A model generated the notes under the pieces. It worked only from the letters and a program-made list of their open reading frames with translations, was not told the origin of the DNA and did not search any database. From Sedimentisphaerales bacterium (GTDB lineage: Bacteria; Planctomycetota; Phycisphaerae; Sedimentisphaerales; Anaerobacaceae), in assembly GCA_040772485.1 (NCBI GenBank), contig JAXGYC010000010.1, forward strand, positions 64,001 to 128,000: a stretch of 64,000 nucleotides of DNA. Direction: 5' to 3'. Below are positions 56,924 through 64,000 of this stretch, piece by piece. Each line of letters begins with the position of its first letter. Position 1 is the first letter of the stretch. Both the position numbers and the translations under genes were made by a program.

Positions 56924-58207
56924 TCAAGGGAGGTTTCGAATCCGGTTCAGATCGCCGGTGGCCGCGGCTTCCAGGATAGGCCCCATGTACTCGTCGACCA
57001 TCTCGGCGGTCATGGGCACGGGCATGTTCTGGAGCTTCATTCGCAACTGGGGCTCCTTTGCGGCGGCCAGCGCACGGTCGACGTGGGCCGGCTTGAAACC
57101 AGCCACCTCCTGCAAGCAAGTGGGGAACCCCACCTGCCGGGCGAAGGCGAGCATGGCCTCAGCGACGGCAACCCCCAGCTCGCGGCCCGACATGGCATCG
57201 AACTCGATCCCGGCGGACGTGGGGATCAGGCCGGCCCGGCGCCAGATCGCCCCGACGTGGCGGAGAGCCTCTTCAATGGCCGGTGCGAAGAAGACGGTGT
57301 AGTAGGGGTTCATCAGCGCGCAGGCCCGTCCATGCGGCAGGATATCGACAAGGGAGAAGCTCGTCAGGTGCCCGCCGTTGGTGCCCCCGATCATGATCGC
57401 GTAGCCGCCCAGGTCGGTCGCCAGAGCGAGGGCCTGGCGCCCCTGCCGGTCGCCCGGGTCGGCCATCACGCCGGGCAGGTGTTCGAGAATCAGGGCGAGC
57501 CCCGTCTGGGCGACGTCGGCCGCCAGACGATAGTGTGGCTTGCCGACCGCTCCGTAGAGGACCTCGAGCATGTGAGACATCCCGTCGAAGGCTCCATCGG
57601 CCGTCAGGGCTTTCGGCTCGGTGAGGGTAAGGTCGTAGTCAAAGGCCGGATACGCCGGGACGATGGCATCGTCGACGATCAGTTTCTTCTGGCACGTGGC
57701 CGGGTCGGTCACGTTCGAATACTTCGTCAGATGCGCCGCCGAGCCGGCGATCGTCTGGACGGCCACGTGGCCGGGCAGCGTTTTGCCAGATCGCCGAAGA
57801 GCCTTGGTCACGAGACCCGTACCGAAATACTCGTCGATCTGGCCCCCTGCAACCCAGAGCACCATCGCCGCCTTGGTCGCGTCGATCGTGCTGCCGCCGC
57901 CGAAGCTGACGACCACATTGGCGTTGGACCGGACCAGCTCGGCACTGATGCGGCGGACATCTTCCGCAGGCGTGTTGGGTCGGGCGCCCCGAATCTCTGC
58001 GGCCAGGTCGACTCCGGCGTCCGCCAGCAACGGCCGGAGCAGCCCCACGTAGTCGTCGCTGCCCTGAAAAGTGCCCCGGACCAGGGCCGCGCGATCTCCG
58101 GCTTTTCGGACCCACGGCCCGATCCGCCCGAGCGCGCCCGGTCCGAATAGATAACCGTCACCCTTGAACTGACGAAGAAGACTCCTGGCCTCGTCCAATC
58201 GATCCAT
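56924..58207 (-). CDS. Iron-containing alcohol dehydrogenase family protein
   Basis: 'PNTP', 'GGGSTIDATKA', 'FDGMSHMLE', 'NGGH', 'PHGRAC'. Confidence 0.88.
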   Translation of the reverse strand: MDRLDEARSLLRQFKGDGYLFGPGALGRIGPWVRKAGDRAALVRGTFQGSDDYVGLLRPLLADAGVDLAAEIRGARPNTPAEDVRRISAELVRSNANVVVSFGGGSTIDATKAAMVLWVAGGQIDEYFGTGLVTKALRRSGKTLPGHVAVQTIAGSAAHLTKYSNVTDPATCQKKLIVDDAIVPAYPAFDYDLTLTEPKALTADGAFDGMSHMLEVLYGAVGKPHYRLAADVAQTGLALILEHLPGVMADPGDRQGRQALALATDLGGYAIMIGGTNGGHLTSFSLVDILPHGRACALMNPYYTVFFAPAIEEALRHVGAIWRRAGLIPTSAGIEFDAMSGRELGVAVAEAMLAFARQVGFPTCLQEVAGFKPAHVDRALAAAKEPQLRMKLQNMPVPMTAEMVDEYMGPILEAAATGDLNRIRNLP

Positions 58208-58489
58208 GACTTCATTCCCGGTTCGGCGCTTTCGTACGGACATTCTGTGCGGTGCAGCATATCAGCCGATCCGGCACGCGGCAACCAGCCGGTCGAAGCA
58301 GCCATGCCCTGAATAGCCAGTGAACCGCTGGGGAATGTGGATTCGCTCCAGGCCAAGTCGGGCAAATCCAGCCTTTCCCCAAGTCGGCCCGGACATTTGC
58401 CGAAAGAAGCAGTCAGCAGGGGCATGAAGTCGTCGAATTCAACGGAAGGCCCAGCGTTACTTGAAGAAGCTGCTTTCAGGAGCGGACCG

Positions 58490-59413
58490 ATGGAATCCGT
58501 GGCAGAGGCAACCGATGTGCAGACGAGGACAAGAGCGGTCGACCCCTGCATCTTGTCCGTGACCGGTGCGACGCTCAAGGTGCGCGACATCATGAGCCGC
58601 GAACTCGTCACCGCCGGCCCCAGGGACACGGTTCTCGTCGCGGCCAAACGAATGTCCGAGAACAACATCTCCTGTGTCATCGTCACGGAGGGCGGGATGG
58701 TCATCGGGATTCTCACTGACAAAGACATTCTCAAGGGAGTCGCCGCCGACGACCAGGACTTCCATCGATTGCACATCGAGCGGCGCATGTCCAGTCCGGT
58801 GGAGGTCGTGTCCCCGGACGAATCCGTCATGGTCGCGGGCAAGATCATGGAATCCAAGGCCATCAAGCGGCTGCCGGTCGTCGAGGCGGGTGAGCTGGTG
58901 GGCATCGTCACGCAGACCGACGTCACCCGCGGACTGATCTCGATCAGTCCCCTGGCCGCCGTCTCGGAGGTCATGAGCACGAAGGTCGTAACGGTGAACA
59001 CCGGGGCCATGGCCGCCGAGGCCGCCCGAATCATGGCCTCGCATGGCATCTCGTGTCTGGTCGCCATGCACCGCCAGGAGGTGGCCGGTATCCTGACCGA
59101 GAAGGACCTGCTCCGACGCGTGGTTGCCCTGCACAAGAACCCGGCCACGACCCAAGTCGTGGAGATCATGTCGTTTCCGCTGGTGAGCATCCCGCCGAGC
59201 TATTCGGTTCTGAGCGCGGGCAGAAAGATGGACACCATGCGACTCCATCGCCTGGTCGTGATGGACCACCCCAGGAATGTCTGCGGCATCGTCACACAGA
59301 CAGACATCATGAAGGCCGTTCGGAACGAGTTGGAGCGTCTGGAACGGGATCACCCTCATCTGCGGGCCGAGTTGCGCAGCCTGATCGGCCAGGCGACGGA
59401 GGATGCGGTGTAG
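58490..59413 (+). CDS. Four-CBS-domain protein
   Basis: Four repeats such as 'MSENNISCVIV...GILTDKDI' and 'IKRLPVV...GIVTQTDV'; AGGAG RBS. Start uncertain. Confidence 0.88.
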   Translation: MESVAEATDVQTRTRAVDPCILSVTGATLKVRDIMSRELVTAGPRDTVLVAAKRMSENNISCVIVTEGGMVIGILTDKDILKGVAADDQDFHRLHIERRMSSPVEVVSPDESVMVAGKIMESKAIKRLPVVEAGELVGIVTQTDVTRGLISISPLAAVSEVMSTKVVTVNTGAMAAEAARIMASHGISCLVAMHRQEVAGILTEKDLLRRVVALHKNPATTQVVEIMSFPLVSIPPSYSVLSAGRKMDTMRLHRLVVMDHPRNVCGIVTQTDIMKAVRNELERLERDHPHLRAELRSLIGQATEDAV

Positions 59414-59667
59414 CGCCACGATGGCGCAGGCGCAATACCGGACCTTGCGCCCCAGACCAGGCCGTCAGAAGCGAGGCAGCAAGGCAAACCTCAGGCGAAG
59501 GTCCCAGGCAACGGCCGTTTGGCCAACGCTCCGCCCATTGCCATAATTTACGTAGCCCCGACCGGACCGGGCCTCTCCAGACGGCCAGGTTTGGGCCTGC
59601 ACCAGATTCGCCCCACGGTCAGAGAGTGTATTGAACAATCGATTTCGATCTTTTCGGGAGGGATAGC

Positions 59668-60096
59668 ATGTCTATCGTACACAACAACGACAAGAAGCGG
59701 CATACCCGAAGCCTCGTGCTGGTCTTGCTGGCGTGGGTCTTCATCGGTGGACAAGCCCTGCTGGCGGCGGGAAGCATCTACAATTACAACACGGCCGGCA
59801 ACGACAAGGAAAAGGGTACGAAAGGAAAGCAGGAACAGGTGGCCGAGTCCAGCGTGCCCTGGGGTCTGATCGGCCAGAGCTCCAGCCGCGTACGCTCGCT
59901 CGCCATGCAGAGCGAGCCGGGCAGCCTCGGGAATATTGCCGTATTCCTGGCCGCCGCCAACGCCCTGGGCCTGGCGGGCCTGGTCCTGGGCCTGCTTTCC
60001 TGGTCGAGGTCGAATCACAGCAGCGGCAAGCTGACGATTGCGGTCTCGGTGGCGGTTGTCCTCGCCAATTCGATCCTCAACCTTGCCATCGCGTAA
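59668..60096 (+). CDS. Hypothetical membrane protein
   Basis: GGGAGG RBS; N-terminal and two C-terminal hydrophobic helices. Confidence 0.65.
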   Translation: MSIVHNNDKKRHTRSLVLVLLAWVFIGGQALLAAGSIYNYNTAGNDKEKGTKGKQEQVAESSVPWGLIGQSSSRVRSLAMQSEPGSLGNIAVFLAAANALGLAGLVLGLLSWSRSNHSSGKLTIAVSVAVVLANSILNLAIA

Positions 60097-60205
60097 TTGA
60101 CGTTAGATGCCCGCGGCAGCGGCGGCGTGGGTTCAACACGTCGCCCTGCCAGTGAGGTCAAGAATTCAAGCCGGCGCGAGTTGAACGTCGGCGCGCGGGA
60201 TGCGG

Positions 60206-60808
60206 CTACCCGGACAGGCTGGCGACAGCAACGGTCTGTTCGACTGCCGCACTCCTGCGGCAGACCATCGGCACAATATGACTCGCTGCCGGTCCGATCC
60301 TGGCGACCGCCTCACTTCGCTCGGCGGTGGCGGTGACAAGGACCGGGCTGAACCCGAGTTTCTTCCAGAGGGCCTCGGCGGGATCGTTGCCATTCACGTA
60401 GTTGACGGCCAGAAACTCCACCCTGTGCAGATGGAAGAAGTCCAGCAGCCGCCCGACGATGCGTCCGGCAAGCCCCCGGCGCCTGTGGCCGGGCTCCACC
60501 CAGACGTCGATCAATTCGCCCGACCGCGGCGGCACATAGCCGGCGTGCATCCAGATCTTCCCCATGCCCATACCGACCATCGGGGCAACCTCACCCGTCG
60601 TGGCAACCAACAGGTGCGTGCCGTCGGCAGCGAGCTGCGCCCGATAATACTCGTGCAGCCGGGCCGTGCTGGAGGGACTCAGCCGCAACATACGGGTCCC
60701 GGCACAGAGTGTGCTTTGCTGCAAGGCAATCTGCATTCTCACCAGCTCGCCGATGTCCCCTGCGGCGGCAGGACGAATCTCGTACCGCTTGTCGTTGACC
60801 GTTCTCAT
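60206..60808 (-). CDS. GNAT family N-acetyltransferase
   Basis: 'IRPAAAGDI', 'VWVEPGHRRRGLAGR', 'NDPAEALWKKLGF'. Confidence 0.88.
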   Translation of the reverse strand: MRTVNDKRYEIRPAAAGDIGELVRMQIALQQSTLCAGTRMLRLSPSSTARLHEYYRAQLAADGTHLLVATTGEVAPMVGMGMGKIWMHAGYVPPRSGELIDVWVEPGHRRRGLAGRIVGRLLDFFHLHRVEFLAVNYVNGNDPAEALWKKLGFSPVLVTATAERSEAVARIGPAASHIVPMVCRRSAAVEQTVAVASLSG

Positions 60809-61202
60809 AGCCCCTTCGTAGAGACCACGCCTACCTGAAAACAGCCCGGCGACAATGCCACCGGGTATCATGTGACCTGCCGTATGCATCACCCACCGTC
60901 ATATCTGTTCTCGATGCATCTTGTGCACAGTTGAGGCTGTGACGCTCCAAATAACGGCAGAGGCCGAAAAATACGTAGTTTCCACAATATCGAGGCACGG
61001 GCCATCCTGCCGGCTCACGCCGCCGCGACGGACTCGCCCGCTCCGGTCCACCCGGCAGCCTTGGAACCAGGAGCGTTCCTTCGGCAAACGGACAAACGAT
61101 TTGCCCAGGACCGCGATTAGTTTCTATATTTTGTGTGAGGTGATCGTGTGCGGCGCAGAGGCCGTACGAAGCAACCAGCCATCCTGCCAGGGGAGGAGAG
61201 TC

Positions 61203-61451
61203 ATGAAAAGCATTCAGATATCTGACGAGCTGTTCGACGAACTCAAGGGCCTGGTCGTGGACCCGTTCGACGACACACCGGACTCCGTGATCGGCCGCCT
61301 CATCCAGATCGTCAAGAAGGCCAAGAGCCGCTGGTCGCCGTTGGAGGCGTCCGTCACGTCGGAGGCCGAGGAACCCCAGGTTCAGCTCAAGACCCACAAA
61401 CGCGAATCCAAGCAGTTCTCCGAGGAGACAGAACCCGTCGTCCTCCTGTAA
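61203..61451 (+). CDS. Small ribbon-helix-helix-type protein (SeqA N-terminus-like)
   Basis: GGAGGAG RBS; 'MKSIQISDELFDELK...DTPDSVIGRLI' beta-alpha-alpha pattern. Confidence 0.75.
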   Translation: MKSIQISDELFDELKGLVVDPFDDTPDSVIGRLIQIVKKAKSRWSPLEASVTSEAEEPQVQLKTHKRESKQFSEETEPVVLL

Positions 61452-61500
61452 GCGAACGCTCGCAGACCCTCGACACTTCACACAAACCACTTGCATGCTC

Positions 61501-61547
61501 GAGCCGCGCAACCGACTCACCGCGTGAGGGATCGGACGCGGCTCTTT
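61501..61547 (+). terminator. Hairpin / probable terminator after the RHH gene
   Basis: GAGCCGCG...CGCGGCTC with inner CCGA-CTCAC/GTGAG-TCGG stems, then TTT. Confidence 0.5.
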
Positions 61548-61618
61548 CGCTGTTTGCCGGACCCGCCATCGCCGGCGAAACACGCCGCGATCCATCTCGA
61601 TTCCGTCTGGCGCTGCGC

Positions 61619-61666
61619 AAAAAAAACGGTGGCACGCACCTGAGGCGGCGGAGTGGTGCGTGCCAC
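61619..61666 (-). terminator. Strong intrinsic terminator
   Basis: 12-bp perfect stem GTGGCACGCACC/GGTGCGTGCCAC, then CG and T8 on the minus strand. Confidence 0.85.
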
Positions 61667-61781
61667 TCACCAGATTTTCCAGCTTTCGCTGGATGTGAAG
61701 CTTGGGTCGGGCCCCTCACGGCACGTCGCTGGGCTGGGCCGAAACTGACGGCGCGCCCCGACCGGGTCCGTGAGAGTCTCC
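61619..61781 (-). ncRNA. Candidate standalone structured small RNA (~163 nt)
   Basis: TTGGCA-N17-TAGACT promoter (61816-61788), long 5' hairpin, GAAA-tetraloop hairpin, terminator; no credible ORF. Confidence 0.5.
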
Positions 61782-61890
61782 AAAGAAAGTCTACTCTATG
61801 TTCGGCGCGATGCCAAACGGACAGGGAAAATGCGGTGGGAACTCATGCTTCGAGGAAACCAAGTCAGCGACAGGGCAATCGGATCGGGTC

Positions 61891-62157
61891 TTACCACACA
61901 GCGGCGTAGTCGCAGCGGGCGATGGTAAAGCCGTCCTCCCACCCCTTCTTGTAGTGATTGTCCTGTTCGTACCGGGCGGTATCGCGTGTGAACCGGTAGA
62001 AGGGATGGCCGATGGTATGGCATCCGGCCGAGTACCCGTCGACGTAGCCGTCGACGTACTCCGGCGCATATCCGGCGGCAATCAGCCCCTTGCGATTTGT
62101 TGGACTACAGCCTGCGACAAGAGCAACCAAGAGCAACGCAACCACGACCGTCTTCAT
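61891..62157 (-). CDS. Small lipoprotein
   Basis: 'MKTVVVALLLVALVAGC' lipobox; 'YVDGYVDGY' and 'YKKGWEDGF' motifs. Confidence 0.8.
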   Translation of the reverse strand: MKTVVVALLLVALVAGCSPTNRKGLIAAGYAPEYVDGYVDGYSAGCHTIGHPFYRFTRDTARYEQDNHYKKGWEDGFTIARCDYAAVW

Positions 62158-62636
62158 AATGCACTGCACTCCCGGCCAACCACGCAACCATGCCTTGTGG
62201 GCAATCACTCTTCCCTCGCTGCCACTACCCCGACCAGGACAATATTATACCCAAGCCGGCGACGAAATGCAAGCACAAAACGCTCATATCAGTACTATTA
62301 TGACAGATTTTACGCGACAGGCAGGCGGATAGCACACTCAGCCGGCTTCCCGGGCAGGTGACGGCGTCCCTTCGGGCCTCCAGCGGACGATCGGCAGCCG
62401 ACCTCACCGCTGTCTCGGCCTTGACAGGGCCCTTCGAAGCACTATCCAGAAGAATGATATAGGACCAGCAGAGAAGAGAAAGGGCGGGCGACGGCCGGTC
62501 TTCCACGGGCGCCGCTTCTGTACAGAAACCCGGCGAAGTGCCGGCGGATTCATCTTTTTGGCTTGCGTTGATCGCGGCTTCCGAGAGAATACCGGCACGG
62601 GTTTCAGCCACCAGGTCGCGGGCCGAACGGCTGCGC

Positions 62637-64000
62637 ATGGACAGCTCAGGACTCAAGGACGCCTTGCAGACGAAGACCATCACCAGGATTGCCGGAGCGT
62701 CGGCGGTCTTTGCGACCGTGTGCGTTCTGGCGGCATGGCTTGCCCCCGCTGACGGATCCGGCCCCCACGCCGCATGGTACAGCATCGTCCCGCCCGTGCT
62801 GGCCATCGTGCTGGCCTTCCTGACACACCATGTCATGGTCAGCCTGGGCATCGCCATCCTTGTCGGAGGCTTCCTCGCCAGCGTCCCGCAGGCCCCTGCC
62901 AGCGGCCACGCATGGAGCCAGGGCATTGCCGCGACCGCATCGTATGTGGCCCAGACGGTCTCAACCGGCACGAACCTGCTGATCCTTTCTTTCATCCCGC
63001 CGATCTTCACGATGGTGGAGATCATCGTCGCCTCGGGAGGCTTCGCCGGCATCGTGGTCTGGCTGCTCAAGCGCGTGCGAAGCAAGAAATCGGCTCAACT
63101 GGCGACTGCCGCGATGGGGGTGGTCTGTTTCATCGACGACTACGCCAACGCGATCATCGTCGGCTCGATGATGCAGCCGATCACCGATCGTTTTCGAACC
63201 AGCCGGGCCAAGCTCGCGTTCCTCGTCGATGCCACCAGCGCCCCGGTCTCGGGACTGGCGGTAGTGAGCACGTGGATCGCCTACGAGGTCGGGCTCTTCG
63301 CTGATGTCAGCACACAGCTCGGCATGGACAAGTCCGGCTATGCCATGTTCTTCGACGCTCTGAGCTCGCGGTTCTACTGCCTGCTGATGCTGTTCTTCAT
63401 CTTCGCGCAAATCCTTATCGGCAAGGAATTTGGCCCAATGCGAGCGGCGGAGACTCTGGCGGCCGACGCAGGCGGCGGTCCCAAACCTCAGACGGTTGAG
63501 CCGAATGTCGCGCCGCGCTCCTCTGGCAAGGCCATCAACGCCCTGCTGCCCCTCGGCGGACTGGTCGCCTTCCACATGACGGGCCTGTGGCTCGACGGAG
63601 GCGGACCTGCGAAGCTGGCCGATGGAGGCTCACCCCTGAGCTGGGACTACTGGCGGCAGGTCATCAGCGCCTCGGAGAACAGTCATCTGATGCTCATGTG
63701 CGCCGCCCTGTTCGGGATCGTCCTGGCGACGCTGTGCGGAAGACTGTCGGGTTCGCTGGCGGTGTCGGCCCTGCCCGGCTGCGTCTACCGCGGCGTCAAA
63801 CGCGCCCTGCTGCCCTCGATCGTCCTGATCCTCGCCTGGTCGCTCAAGCACTGCTGCCAGAGCCTGAACACCGGCGACTTCCTGACCAGCCTTCTGGCGG
63901 ATCGCATTCCGCCGCACTGGTTCCCTCCCCTGCTGTTCGTCGTGGCCTCGATGACCTCGTTCGCGACGGGAACAAGCTGGGGCACGATGGCCATCCTGAT
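62637..64000 (+). CDS. Na+/H+ antiporter NhaC family protein (runs off window end)
   Basis: Manual translation: 'WYSIVPPVLAIVLAF', 'FIDDYAN', 'SRAKLAFLVDATSAP', 'STWIAYEV', 'SFATGTSWGTMAIL'. Confidence 0.9.
   Translation, partial: MDSSGLKDALQTKTITRIAGASAVFATVCVLAAWLAPADGSGPHAAWYSIVPPVLAIVLAFLTHHVMVSLGIAILVGGFLASVPQAPASGHAWSQGIAATASYVAQTVSTGTNLLILSFIPPIFTMVEIIVASGGFAGIVVWLLKRVRSKKSAQLATAAMGVVCFIDDYANAIIVGSMMQPITDRFRTSRAKLAFLVDATSAPVSGLAVVSTWIAYEVGLFADVSTQLGMDKSGYAMFFDALSSRFYCLLMLFFIFAQILIGKEFGPMRAAETLAADAGGGPKPQTVEPNVAPRSSGKAINALLPLGGLVAFHMTGLWLDGGGPAKLADGGSPLSWDYWRQVISASENSHLMLMCAALFGIVLATLCGRLSGSLAVSALPGCVYRGVKRALLPSIVLILAWSLKHCCQSLNTGDFLTSLLADRIPPHWFPPLLFVVASMTSFATGTSWGTMAIL

Noticed and set aside
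59480..59540. GGCAAACC resembling a c-di-GMP-I riboswitch start
   Set aside because: The following GNRA stem and GACGCAAA elements are absent.
59411..59869. Possible TAG readthrough of the CBS gene (frame stays open)
   Set aside because: The downstream translation has no domain features and overlaps a better-supported gene; no pyrrolysine genes seen.
60921..61202. Longer 176-aa version of the RHH ORF
   Set aside because: The upstream part covers promoter sequence; the strong GGAGGAG RBS supports the start at 61203.
62420..62636. Lysine or glycine riboswitch expected upstream of the NhaC-family gene
   Set aside because: No consensus elements recognisable; only a promoter-like TTGACA and short hairpins.

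Overview
This is a GC-rich bacterial chromosomal window. Gene content and style (many Tat/Sec-exported hydrolases, an FG-GAP protein, an ECF sigma cluster, HydF, an orphan secretin) suggest an anaerobic Planctomycetota, possibly Phycisphaerae; this is inference, not a search result. About 55 genes are supported: the core cluster rpsB-tsf-pyrH-frr, plus rimO, pgsA, asd, truA, pgi, pncA/pncB, hydF, degP and glycerate kinase, and many accessory enzymes and transporters. I saw no rRNA, tRNA, CRISPR array, integrase or transposase. The most interesting signals are non-coding or architectural: (1) a candidate ~163-nt standalone structured sRNA with its own promoter and terminator (61619-61781, minus); (2) a divergent degP / ECF sigma-anti-sigma-signal peptidase-peptidase module with a shared GAACT-N16-GTATAA promoter, and a third similar promoter before an unannotated Trp/His-rich 61-aa ORF; (3) a structured, possibly switchable leader before an orphan KamA radical SAM gene; (4) several palindromic repeat families, including an inverted doublet with compensatory base changes, and repeats bracketing small accessory genes like cassettes; (5) inverted heptamer arrays enclosing a promoter; (6) unusual proteins: a GH16-GH29-CBM32 fusion, HydF with an altered G4 motif, a secretin with a long coiled-coil tail, and a HEAT-repeat protein with thioester-domain-like motifs. 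All calls come from reading motifs by eye; no database search was run.
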